Assembly (NCBI GenBank): GCA_965203905.1
Contig: CBDBDQ010000005.1
Span: 4,320,001 to 4,384,000, forward strand
From: Spirochaetia bacterium
GTDB lineage: Bacteria; Spirochaetota; Spirochaetia; SZUA-6; Bin103
Direction of reading: 5' to 3'
DNA length: 64,000 nucleotides
Under the pieces are notes generated by a model that made no database searches, had not been told where the DNA came from, and saw only the letters and a list, made by a program, of their open reading frames with translations. Shown here piece after piece: positions 9,314 through 18,299 of the stretch. Made by a program: the position numbers and the translations under genes. How positions within the stretch are numbered: position 1 is the stretch's first letter; every line of letters begins with the position of its first letter.

Positions 9314-10237
9314 ATGGGTAAATCCACGTTCACCGCGGACGGCAGCGCGCCGTTCGTGTTCGACGACAACTGGGAGAACTTTGGCAATCTGCGGCCGGAC
9401 TCTCGGCGTCTGAGCGAGACCAACGGCGCCGGTCTCCCGGTGGTCCAGCTTACCGAGGAGCAGAAGTTCGCGTTCGATACTCAGGGATGGTTGTGCATCC
9501 CCGGGGTGCTCGACGAAGCGGAACTGGAACCGATGCGGGAGTTCTGCTATCGGCTGAAGGATGATCCCGGATCGCTGCCGCCGCATCAGCGCACTCCCAT
9601 TGCGGGGCCGCTGGAGGTGTTGGTCGATCACCCCGTGGTGGTAGGATTCTGCAACGAGTTCCTCTCCTATCCTCGCCTCGACGGCGCCGACCATTACGGT
9701 TTCCGCTTCGAGACCAGCTTCCTGTACTATCGCGAATTGGGGATGGGAAAGTTCAGCCCGCACAACGGCAACGGAGTGTGGCGGCTGCCCGGCAGCTCGC
9801 ACGAGTATCGCGCCATCCCCGGCAAGGCCTACTCCGGACTGACGCGCTGCGTGTGGGAGCTCAACCCGGTGCTCGCGGGGGACGGCGGCACGCTGTTCGT
9901 GAACGGCAGCCACAAGGCGGCCTACACCTTGCCGCCCTCGATCTACGAGCAGGAGTCGCCGCTGTGGAGCAGCTACTCGTGTCCGGCCGGCTCGGTGGTC
10001 TTCTTCAGCGAGGCCACCACCCACAGCGCCCGTCCCTGGACCAACCCGGAGGTGCCGCGGGTGGCGATCTTCAACCAGTACAACGGTATCGGCAGCCGTT
10101 TCCACTGGTGGGAGCCGCCGCGCGAGCTGCTGGAATCGATGCCCAGAAAGCGCCGCTCCCTGTTCCGTCACGCCTACGGCGAGGCGGCCAACACGGGACT
10201 GGAAACGCGCAACCTGTTCGCCCGTGCGCTGGGTTGA
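9314..10237 (+). CDS. PhyH family Fe(II)/2OG oxygenase with HxG motif
   Basis: 'EEQKFAFDTQGWL', 'SPHNG' at the HxD position, 'GGTLFVNGSHK', 'FFSEATTH', 'PRVAIF'. Confidence 0.85.
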   Translation: MGKSTFTADGSAPFVFDDNWENFGNLRPDSRRLSETNGAGLPVVQLTEEQKFAFDTQGWLCIPGVLDEAELEPMREFCYRLKDDPGSLPPHQRTPIAGPLEVLVDHPVVVGFCNEFLSYPRLDGADHYGFRFETSFLYYRELGMGKFSPHNGNGVWRLPGSSHEYRAIPGKAYSGLTRCVWELNPVLAGDGGTLFVNGSHKAAYTLPPSIYEQESPLWSSYSCPAGSVVFFSEATTHSARPWTNPEVPRVAIFNQYNGIGSRFHWWEPPRELLESMPRKRRSLFRHAYGEAANTGLETRNLFARALG

Positions 10238-10241
10238 CGCG

Positions 10242-11132
10242 GTGCCTTCGGCTGACGGCGGCGCCGCGAACGGCGCCTGGAACGACCACCGCCTGACCCT
10301 GGCCGAGGGCGAGGCGTTTGCCCGTGACGGCTTCCTGGTGCTCCCGGAGCGCCTGCCGGAGCAGGTGACGGACCGCCTCGAGGAGGCATTCGACAAGGTG
10401 TGGGCCGCGGAGCGGGCGGCACGGGGAAAGGGCGAGCTGGAAAAGTTCAACATGCTCGATTTCCTCAGCAAGGACGACCGCTTCCTGGAGATGATCGATT
10501 GGCCGGCCAGCTTTCCCAGGGTGGTCGACATCCTGGGCTGGAATATCCAGATCTACCACACCCACATGATGTTCTCTCCCGGCGCCGGCCAGGGCGCCGA
10601 TCCGGGGAAGCGTGGCTGGCACCAGGACAGCGGCCGCCTCAATCGCGAGCTGGAGACCGATCCGCAGCCGCGCGTATCACTGAAGGTAGCTTTCTTCCTG
10701 ACCGACTGCAGCGTCGCGGGACGCGGCAACTTCGGCGCCGTCCCCGGCAGTCACCTGACGAATGCGCTGGTGGATCCGGAGCGCACCGACGTCGACCCGC
10801 CGGGAGCCACCGTGGTGCTGGTGCCGCGTGGCGGCATGGTGCTGTTCGATCGGCGCATCTGGCACACCGGGACCGAGAACTACGCCGACTATCCGCGCAA
10901 GGCGCTGTTCTACGGGTACAGCTACCGTTGGCTGCGGCCGCGCGACGACATGCAGGTGGCGCACTACCTGGAGCGCAGCGACCCGATCCGGCGCCAGTTG
11001 CTGGGCACCAGTCCGAGCGGCGGCCGCGGCTACACCTCGCCGCAGCCGGAGGATGTTCCGTTGCGCACCTGGCTGGAGCAGAATCCGACCGATCCGTCGG
11101 TCGCTGCCGCCGCCGGCGCGCCACCCTCCTAA
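10242..11132 (+). CDS. PhyH family Fe(II)/2OG oxygenase, copy B
   Basis: About 90% identical to 8374..9258; 'GWHQD', 'VPGSH', 'IWH'. Start uncertain (GTG 10242 or 10224). Confidence 0.88.
   Translation: MPSADGGAANGAWNDHRLTLAEGEAFARDGFLVLPERLPEQVTDRLEEAFDKVWAAERAARGKGELEKFNMLDFLSKDDRFLEMIDWPASFPRVVDILGWNIQIYHTHMMFSPGAGQGADPGKRGWHQDSGRLNRELETDPQPRVSLKVAFFLTDCSVAGRGNFGAVPGSHLTNALVDPERTDVDPPGATVVLVPRGGMVLFDRRIWHTGTENYADYPRKALFYGYSYRWLRPRDDMQVAHYLERSDPIRRQLLGTSPSGGRGYTSPQPEDVPLRTWLEQNPTDPSVAAAAGAPPS
10266..11132 (+). repeat. Direct-repeat copy 2 of the 867-bp gene duplication
   Basis: Colinear with 8392..9258. Confidence 0.9.
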
Positions 11133-11212
11133 CGCCCGTCGCCTTGCCGTCAGCGCAACCGCGCAACCGCACGACTTCACGCGCGGGGGGCGACATCGCC
11201 GAGCCCGCCGAG

Positions 11213-12355
11213 TTGGTGCGTGCGATTCACGCCGCGCCGCAGCAGACGGTGCTGGAGTTGGCCGGCGGCACCCAGGCGCTGGCGTGGCTGCACGCCGTGG
11301 GCGGTTCTTCACGCACGGTGCTGGAGGCCACCGACCGCTACAGCGCGGCCTCGCTTGCCGCGCTGCTCGGCCAACCGCCGGAGAAGGCGGTGACCCGCGA
11401 CGTCGCCGTCGCCATGGCGGCCGCCGCACGCCGCCGGGCGCGGGACCTGGCCGCACCGGGAACCCCGGTGGTGGGGGTGGCGTGCAGCGCGGCACTGGCC
11501 AGCGACCGGCCGCGGCGCGGGGCGCACCACGCGGTGGTGGCGGTGGCCGATGCCCTGGGTGCCGCGGTGTGCGAGTTGGAGTTGGCCAAGGGGACGCGCA
11601 CCCGCCGCCAGGAGGAGGCGGTGGTAAGCCTGCTGCTGCTGACCGAGCTGGCCGCGGCCTGCGGGGTAGCGGTGCCGGAGCCGGCGGCCGCCGCCGCTCC
11701 TGGTGACGCGATACAGCGCGGGTTCCGGCCCGCACCACGGTTCGCCGCTCTCGGGGCCGGCGCCGCCGACTGGCTGCTGCTGGACGCCGCCGGCTGCGTC
11801 GTGGAGCAGGGCAGCGGCTGGGATCGCGTGGCCCTGCTGTCCGGCTCCTACCATCCGCTGCATGGCGGCCACCTGGCGCTGGCCGCAGCCGCCGCCGCGC
11901 TGCTGCGGCGCCGGGTGGTGTTCGAGCTGACCCTGGTCAACGCCGACAAGGCCGCCATCGGCCTGCCGGAGGCGCGGCGGCGTGCCGCCCAGTTCGCCGG
12001 CCGCGCGCCGTTGCTGCTGTCACGCGAGCCGCTGTTCGCGGCCAAGGCGGCGTTGTTTCCGGGGGCGGTGTTCGTGGTCGGCGTGGACACCGCCGCGCGG
12101 CTGGTCGACCGGCGCTTCTACGGCAACTCCGCCACCGCGATGCAGCGGGCGCTGGCGGACGTGGCGCGCTACGGCTGCAGCTTCCTGGTCGCCGGGAGAC
12201 TGGTCGAGGAGCGCTACCGCACCCTGGCCGACCTCGCTCTGCCGCTGCCGCCCGCGCTGCGCGCGCTGTTCCGGGAGCTGCCCGAGGAATCGTTCCGCTG
12301 TGACCTCTCCTCCAGCGAAATCCGTGCCCGCGCTACGCAGCGGGCCACCAGGTGA
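11213..12355 (+). CDS. CinA/PncC-like N-terminal domain fused to a HIGH-motif (NadD-like) nucleotidyltransferase
   Basis: 3' part of ORF 10400..12355. N-domain 'GGTQALAWL...GSSRTVLEA..YS', 'VAVAMA', 'GVACSAALAS'. C-domain 'SGSYHPLHGGH', 'NADK', 'FVVGVDT', 'DLSSSEIR'. Start uncertain (TTG 11213 or ATC 11195). Confidence 0.75.
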   Translation: MVRAIHAAPQQTVLELAGGTQALAWLHAVGGSSRTVLEATDRYSAASLAALLGQPPEKAVTRDVAVAMAAAARRRARDLAAPGTPVVGVACSAALASDRPRRGAHHAVVAVADALGAAVCELELAKGTRTRRQEEAVVSLLLLTELAAACGVAVPEPAAAAAPGDAIQRGFRPAPRFAALGAGAADWLLLDAAGCVVEQGSGWDRVALLSGSYHPLHGGHLALAAAAAALLRRRVVFELTLVNADKAAIGLPEARRRAAQFAGRAPLLLSREPLFAAKAALFPGAVFVVGVDTAARLVDRRFYGNSATAMQRALADVARYGCSFLVAGRLVEERYRTLADLALPLPPALRALFRELPEESFRCDLSSSEIRARATQRATR

Positions 12356-13665
12356 AAACGCGCCAGGCCGGTGCGGCACCGCCGGCCGGACGCATCTACT
12401 ACGGCTGGGTCATCGTCGCCAGCTTCTTCGTGCTCAACATCGCGGGGCAGGCCAGTGGCACCCTCAACTTCGGCCTGTTCGTCATTCCCATCAGCGAGGA
12501 GCTGGGGCTGTCGCGGCAGACGATCGGCTGGGCGCAGACCGGCCGTTTGTGGGCGGGCGGCCTGAGCGGCGTGGCGATCGGCTGGTGGCTGGATCGCTAC
12601 GGGCCGCGGGTGCCGGTGCTGGTGGCGATCGTGGTCGCCACCGTCGGGCTGCTGGTGCTCGCGCGCGCGCAGTCGGCGGCGGTGCTGTTCGGCGTGCTGC
12701 TGGCCCTGGGCGCCAGCGGCTGGACCGCGGCAGGCGGCGGCGCACTGTTCGCCACCGTGCCGGTGGCCAAGTGGTTCATCCGCCTGCGCGGCCGCGCCAC
12801 CGGCATGGTGCAGCTCGGCCTCGGTGTCGGCGGCGCCGTGTTCCTGCCGCTGACCCAGGTGCTGATCAGCAATCACGGCTGGCGCTCGGCCTGGGTCACG
12901 CTCGCCTGGCTGTCGGCTGCCATGCTGCCCCTGGTGCTGTTGCTGCGGCGCCAGCCCAGCGACCTTGGCCTGGAACCGGACGGCGGCCCCGGTGGAGCGT
13001 CGCGCCGGCGCACAGGGAGTCGCGCGCGATCAGCCGGCGAAGCTGGGTGCGCGCCACCCGCGGCCACCCACGCCTGGACCCTGCGCGCCGCCGCGCGCAC
13101 CGCGACCATGTGGCAGCTCAGCGGGGCGTTCGCGATCCTCGCCTGCCTGCTCGGTGCAGCCAGCGTGCACCGGGTTCCACACTGGGTGGAGCTGGGCTTC
13201 AGCCCCGGCACCGTGTCCTTCGCCTTCGGCGTCGATGCCGCTACCGCCACCATCACGGCGCTGGCGGCGGGGTTCCTGGTGGAGCGCCGGCAGCCCCGGA
13301 TCGTCGGCGCGGCTTCCTGCGGCCTGTTCTGTGCCTCCTTGCTGCTGATGGTGCTCGCCCGGGCGTGGCCACCGCTGCTGTTCTCTTCCACCGTGCTGTT
13401 CGGGGCCGGCGTCGGTCTCAACATGGTGGTGCAGGGGGTGATCTGGGCGCAGTACTACGGCTGGCGTTTCGTCGGCACCATCCGCGGCGTGGTGCTGCCG
13501 CTGATCGTGCTTGCCGGCGGGCTGAGCGCCCCGCTGGCCGGCGCTCTGCGCGATGCCAGCGGCAGCTACCGCATCTCCTGGTTGGCCGCGCTGGTGCTGT
13601 GCGCCGTGGCCGGCGTGTTGATCTTCAGCACGCAACCGCCGCGGCCGGCGGCTCGCGCCGGTTGA
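12352..13665 (+). CDS. MFS transporter (OFA/MCT-like)
   Basis: 'RIYYGWVIV', motif A 'GWWLDRYGPR', 'KWFIRLRGRATG', about 12 TM segments; GTGA overlap with the upstream gene. Confidence 0.9.
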   Translation: MKTRQAGAAPPAGRIYYGWVIVASFFVLNIAGQASGTLNFGLFVIPISEELGLSRQTIGWAQTGRLWAGGLSGVAIGWWLDRYGPRVPVLVAIVVATVGLLVLARAQSAAVLFGVLLALGASGWTAAGGGALFATVPVAKWFIRLRGRATGMVQLGLGVGGAVFLPLTQVLISNHGWRSAWVTLAWLSAAMLPLVLLLRRQPSDLGLEPDGGPGGASRRRTGSRARSAGEAGCAPPAATHAWTLRAAARTATMWQLSGAFAILACLLGAASVHRVPHWVELGFSPGTVSFAFGVDAATATITALAAGFLVERRQPRIVGAASCGLFCASLLLMVLARAWPPLLFSSTVLFGAGVGLNMVVQGVIWAQYYGWRFVGTIRGVVLPLIVLAGGLSAPLAGALRDASGSYRISWLAALVLCAVAGVLIFSTQPPRPAARAG

Positions 13666-13738
13666 CCGCGCACCGGGCGGTCGCGGCAGGCGTGCCGCGG
13701 TTGCGGCACAGCGCCGGCCGCGCCACTATGTCGCCGCC

Positions 13739-14737
13739 ATGCCTGAGTTCTCCGACCTGTGCCTGACCACCATCGAGACCCACACCGCGGGCCACCCCAC
13801 GCGGGTGGTGGTGGATGGCCTGCCGGCCTTCGGCGGCGATTCCGTGGCCGCGCAGCGGGCCTGCGCCCGCGCGGAGCACGATGCGTTGCGCACCCTGCTG
13901 TGCCGCGAGCCGCGTGGCCATGAGGCGATGTACGCCGCCTACGTGGTGCCGTCGCGGGTCGCCGACGCGGGCGTGATCTTCTGCAGCCAGGTCGGTTACG
14001 ACGACATGTGCGGCCACGGCACCATCGGCGTGGTTACCGCCCTGCTGCAGGGCGGCCGCCTGCCGCGCCGTGCCGAGGTGCGCCTGGAGACGCCTGCCGG
14101 GGTAGTGACGGCGCAGCCCCGGTGGCAGGGAGAGCGGGTGGCCGCGGTGAGCTTCGACAGCGTGCCCGCGTTCGTGCAGCACCGCGACGTGACGGTGGAG
14201 CTGCCCGGTGTGGGCACCGTGCACGGCGACATTGCCTTCGGCGGCAACTGGTACCTGTACGTGGACGCCACCGAGGTGCAGCAGGAGATTGCGCCGGCCA
14301 GCGTCCCGGCGCTGCTGCGACTGGGCAACACGCTCAAGAAGGCGTGGAACCGCGACGGCCGGCTCCAGCATCCGGAGCAGGAGCACATCGCCCGCGGCCT
14401 GATCGGCGTCTCGTTCTACGGGCCGCCGCGGCGCCGGGCGGACGCCCACCAGGCCAACCTGGTGGTGGAAAGCGCGACCTTCTACGACCGCTCCCCCTGC
14501 GGCACCGGCACTTGCGGGCGCATGGCGGTGCTGCACGCCCGCGGCGCCCTGGCGGTGGGCCAGGAGTTCCGCAACGAGGGCATCACCGGTGGGCTGTTCA
14601 CGGCCCGGATCACCGCCGAGACCAGTGTAGGGCGGCTGCCGGCGGTGCAGCCCCGGCTCACCGGATCGGCGTGGGTGATGGGGCACGCGGAATGGAGCCT
14701 GGATCCGACCGATCCCCTCGGCAGCGCCGGCTGGTAG
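13739..14737 (+). CDS. Proline racemase / hydroxyproline 2-epimerase family protein
   Basis: 'HTAGHPTR', 'EPRGH', 'MCGHG', 'FGGNWY', 'DRSPCGTG'; both catalytic Cys present. Confidence 0.9.
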   Translation: MPEFSDLCLTTIETHTAGHPTRVVVDGLPAFGGDSVAAQRACARAEHDALRTLLCREPRGHEAMYAAYVVPSRVADAGVIFCSQVGYDDMCGHGTIGVVTALLQGGRLPRRAEVRLETPAGVVTAQPRWQGERVAAVSFDSVPAFVQHRDVTVELPGVGTVHGDIAFGGNWYLYVDATEVQQEIAPASVPALLRLGNTLKKAWNRDGRLQHPEQEHIARGLIGVSFYGPPRRRADAHQANLVVESATFYDRSPCGTGTCGRMAVLHARGALAVGQEFRNEGITGGLFTARITAETSVGRLPAVQPRLTGSAWVMGHAEWSLDPTDPLGSAGW

Positions 14738-14781
14738 CGAAGCGGGCGCGCGGCCGGCTCAAGCGGAGTAATGCCGCGGCA

Positions 14782-15360
14782 TCACCCGGCCTGGGACGAG
14801 CCGGTCGCACCGGGCGCCGGCGGTGACAGCGTCCGCAGCCACCGCGAACGGCGCACGAAACGTTCGGCAAACAAGCCCAACAGCAGGGCGGACACGGTCC
14901 CCGTGATCAGGAACGCGGGCGCGATCAGCCAGGCGCTCTCGCCGAAGATCAGCAGGCGCGCGCTGCCGATCTGCGCCAGGTTGCTGGCAAGTGCGCCCAT
15001 GATGCTCACTCCGACCAGGGAGATGTGGGCGCCCAGCGTGCGATGCAACAGCAGCATGGTGGCGCCGCTGGCCACCGAGCCGGCGGCTGAGAACAGCACG
15101 ATGTAGGAAAACAGCGTCCCCTGTACCAGTCCCTGGCCGACGACTTTCAACGCCACAAGGGTGAAGATCTCGCGCGGTCGCAGCACGGTGAGGCCGACCA
15201 GCAGCGGCAGGTTGGCCAGCCCCAGCTTCAGGAACGGCACCGGTTTCGGTATGACGTGCTCGACGGTGGCCAGGAACAGCGCCAGTGCGGCCAGTAGCGC
15301 GACGTGGCGCCGCCGTTCGTCAACCGCTTCGGATCCGGCCGTGTCGGCAGCGCTGCTCAC
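14782..15360 (-). CDS. Gx transporter family protein (heptaprenyl diphosphate synthase component I-like)
   Basis: 'EHVIPKPVPFLKLGLAN', 'SLVGVSIMGALASNLAQ'. Confidence 0.85.
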   Translation of the reverse strand: MSSAADTAGSEAVDERRRHVALLAALALFLATVEHVIPKPVPFLKLGLANLPLLVGLTVLRPREIFTLVALKVVGQGLVQGTLFSYIVLFSAAGSVASGATMLLLHRTLGAHISLVGVSIMGALASNLAQIGSARLLIFGESAWLIAPAFLITGTVSALLLGLFAERFVRRSRWLRTLSPPAPGATGSSQAG

Positions 15361-15382
15361 TGCGAACCCGCCGCCCGCTGCC

Positions 15383-16537
15383 TCATAGCGCCTCTAGGAT
15401 CTCCTCGGCGCGGTCGGTCCGCTCCCACGAAAACCCGTCCCGCCCGAAGTGTCCGTAGGTGGCTGTCGGGCGATAGATCGGCCGGGCGAGATCGAGCGCA
15501 GCGATGATGCCGCCGGGGGTCAGGTCGAAGAGACTGCGCACCACCGTCTCGATGCGCTGCTCCGGCACCTCCCCGGTGCCGAAGGTGTTCACGTAGAGCG
15601 ACACCGGCTCGGCCACCCCGATGGCGTAGGCGATCTGCACCTCGCACTCGCGGCAGATGCCGCTGGCGACGATATTCTTGGCCACGTAGCGCGCCATGTA
15701 CGCCGCCGAACGGTCTACCTTGGAAGGATCTTTGCCGGAGAAAGCGCCGCCGCCGTGGCGCGCCTTGCCGCCGTAGGTGTCCACGATCAGCTTGCGCCCG
15801 GTGAGGCCGGTATCGCCGTGGGGGCCGCCGACCACGAAGCGCCCGGTAGGATTGATCAGGAAGCAGAGGTTGTCGCCGAGCATCTCGACCGGCAGCGCCG
15901 GCTTGATCACCTCCTCCACCAGGCCTTCGCGCAGTTGCTCCTGATCTACGTCCGGCCGGTGCTGGTGGGACAGTACCACCGTCTCGATGGCCGCCGGCCG
16001 GCCATCGCCGTAACGCACCGTCACCTGGCACTTGCCGTCGGGACCGAGGAACGGCAGCACGCGTTGCTTCCGCACCAGCGCCGCGCGCAGCATGATGGCG
16101 TGCGCGAAGTCGATTGGCGCCGGCATCAGGTGCGGCGTATCGGAGCAGGCGTAGCCGAACATCAGCCCCTGATCGCCGGCGCCCTGGGCCCTGGCGGAGC
16201 CGGGGTCGACCCCGCGGGCGATGTCGGGCGACTGCGCGTGCAGCTTGTTGAGCACCTTGCAGGTCTGGTAGTCGATGCCCAGGGCCGAGTCGTCGTAGCC
16301 CGCGTCGCGCAGCACGTCGCGCGCCAGTTGCTCGGGATCGAACGAGCTGCGTGACCTGATCTCGCCGCCCACCAGGATCAGCCCGGTGGTGGCGAACACC
16401 TCGCACGCGACCCGTGCCTCGTGGTCGCCCGCCAACGCGGCGTCCACCACCGCATCGGAGATCTGGTCGCACAGCTTGTCGGGGTGGCCTTCGCCTACGC
16501 TCTCCGAGGTGAACAGGTAGTCGCCGCGCTGGTACAT
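15383..16537 (-). CDS. metK: Methionine adenosyltransferase
   Basis: '[13 protein letters not shown]', 'QGAGDQG', 'GGGAFSGKD'. Confidence 0.97.
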   Translation of the reverse strand: MYQRGDYLFTSESVGEGHPDKLCDQISDAVVDAALAGDHEARVACEVFATTGLILVGGEIRSRSSFDPEQLARDVLRDAGYDDSALGIDYQTCKVLNKLHAQSPDIARGVDPGSARAQGAGDQGLMFGYACSDTPHLMPAPIDFAHAIMLRAALVRKQRVLPFLGPDGKCQVTVRYGDGRPAAIETVVLSHQHRPDVDQEQLREGLVEEVIKPALPVEMLGDNLCFLINPTGRFVVGGPHGDTGLTGRKLIVDTYGGKARHGGGAFSGKDPSKVDRSAAYMARYVAKNIVASGICRECEVQIAYAIGVAEPVSLYVNTFGTGEVPEQRIETVVRSLFDLTPGGIIAALDLARPIYRPTATYGHFGRDGFSWERTDRAEEILEAL

Positions 16538-16623
16538 GATTCGCGCTCCAGGGTAGCGCCACGCGCCGGGCCGTCGCAAGATGCATCCCCAGCACCCCAA
16601 CTCGCCCCATAGGCAGATCTTCG

Positions 16624-16910
16624 ATACATTTCTGGGACTCTCTCCAGCCGGTGGACGGCGAGATCTACGAGCGTTATTCAGCGAGTGCGGGACCCGCTGC
16701 CGTCGGCGCCGACCGGCGCCTGGAGAGGTACGGTGTCGCGCGAGGACGAAGCGGGCGAGACCTGGGAGCAGGAGTACGTCGTGACCATCAATGCCGATGG
16801 AATGTTCCGCTCCGTCGAGCAGCGAGCGGGTCACTGGAGGAGGGAGTTGGTTGCACAGTGGACCGCCGACGAGCACGAGTAACTACTGGCTGACGCTGGA
16901 GCGCCAACCA
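16624..16910 (+). pseudogene. Fragment of a paralog of the adjacent lipoprotein gene
   Basis: Reads IHFWD...ERYS / [14 protein letters not shown]...TINADG...AQWTADEHE*, which matches MHPWD...RYSRVQDPLPFPLTGTW...SIDAGG...AKWTADREHY of 16984..17934. Frameshift near 16681, TAA at 16880, no 5' end. Confidence 0.7.
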
Positions 16911-16983
16911 TAATCGGAGCTGAGGAGCGGGGCGGTCCGGGCACCCGCGGTCGGGCGGGCCGCCGATCCATACCAAGAAGGAG

Positions 16984-17934
16984 ATGGACGCTATGAAGAA
17001 TCTCGACCGGCGGGCTGGCTCCCGCATGGTCGTCGCGGCAGCGACGCTGACCGTGCTGGCGGCGGCGGGCATGCTGCTCGGCAGTTGCCGCCGCGCGCTG
17101 CCGCCCGTAGCGCAGGAGCCGCCACAGCCCGAACTGCTCGGGACCTGGAAGGCTACCGGAGGCTACTACGTTGCGAATGCCGACGGTGAGCCGGTGCGCG
17201 CGGGCGAGACGATTCATACCCTGACCTTCACCAGGAGCCGCTGGATCCATCACCAAGCGCACGTGCCGGACGATGGCACGACGAGTCACGGGAGGACCGA
17301 CAGCGGCACCTGGGAGGTAGCGGGCGACACGGTCATCCGCAAGAGGACCTACTACGACGGAACGTTGACCAGGGTAGCCAAGACCATCCACTGGATCGAC
17401 GAGGTTGGCGATGTGCTGTTCATGCACCCGTGGGACCTCGACTTCGAGCTGCGAGGCTACTTCGTGCGCTACTCTCGGGTGCAGGACCCGCTGCCGTTTC
17501 CATTGACCGGTACCTGGACCGGTTCCATTGCTGGGGAGCAGGCCGCCCCGTCGAGTCCCGGCGCACCGCCCGTAGGCGACATGAGCATCCCGGAGTTCAC
17601 GCTCAGTATCGATGCCGGCGGTTCGCTGTCATTCAGGGTCCAGGTCCAGGACCGCCAGGTCACCTTCGACCTCACGGCGAAGTGGACCGCGGATCGGGAG
17701 CATTACTTTCTCATCCTCACCGAACCGGTGGCGTTCGCGGAGAGTGGCGGGGAAAGGCATCCGTCCCCTGGCATCGCCCCGGATTTGACGTTGCGCATGG
17801 CCTATGCGCCTACCAACAACTCGCCCGACGAGATCGTGATCTCCGAGGTGTGGAGCGAGGCCGGATGGCCGTTGGACACGCCCGTCTTGCCGGACGCCGG
17901 CCTCTACCGGGTGACGCTGCAGCGCCAGCCGTGA
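16984..17934 (+). CDS. Hypothetical lipoprotein with two lipocalin-like 'GTW' beta-barrel units
   Basis: Lipobox LLGSC; 'LLGTW...SGTWEV' and 'LTGTW...AKWT'; SD AAGGAG. Confidence 0.7.
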   Translation: MDAMKNLDRRAGSRMVVAAATLTVLAAAGMLLGSCRRALPPVAQEPPQPELLGTWKATGGYYVANADGEPVRAGETIHTLTFTRSRWIHHQAHVPDDGTTSHGRTDSGTWEVAGDTVIRKRTYYDGTLTRVAKTIHWIDEVGDVLFMHPWDLDFELRGYFVRYSRVQDPLPFPLTGTWTGSIAGEQAAPSSPGAPPVGDMSIPEFTLSIDAGGSLSFRVQVQDRQVTFDLTAKWTADREHYFLILTEPVAFAESGGERHPSPGIAPDLTLRMAYAPTNNSPDEIVISEVWSEAGWPLDTPVLPDAGLYRVTLQRQP

Positions 17935-18014
17935 CTCGCGCGTCTCGGCGACTCTGCCGCCTTGCAGAAGCTGCCGGCGATCAAGCAACAGTGGGATTCC
18001 GATAGAATAGGCAT

Positions 18015-18299
18015 ATGCACATCTATCTGATCCAGCTGCTGACAGCAAACGCAGCGGTGGGGGAGAGGGTCCAACGGAGCTGCCCCGAAGCCTTCAAGTA
18101 CAACGACACTACGTTCCTGGTTATCGACTCCAGCCCCATCACTGAAAACATCGCTATTCAGGTAGGGATCAAAGGCGACGATCGCGTCGACGATGCTTCG
18201 GGATTCGTTGTCAAGCTTGGCAGCCCTCCCTCGTACTCCGGATACACGAACCGATCCCTGTGGGACTGGCTCGGCGCAGCCGGGGAGAAAGCGCTGTGA
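18015..18299 (+). CDS. Small hypothetical protein, possibly Cas2/VapD-like ferredoxin fold
   Basis: 94 aa; N-terminal 'IYLI' strand, 'TTFLV', C-terminal 'YSGY....LWDWL'; TAGAAT 6 nt upstream of the ATG. Confidence 0.6.
   Translation: MHIYLIQLLTANAAVGERVQRSCPEAFKYNDTTFLVIDSSPITENIAIQVGIKGDDRVDDASGFVVKLGSPPSYSGYTNRSLWDWLGAAGEKAL

Noticed and set aside
16538-16623. SAM riboswitch upstream of metK
   Set aside because: No SAM-I/II core motifs visible, and the region runs straight into the pseudogene fragment.
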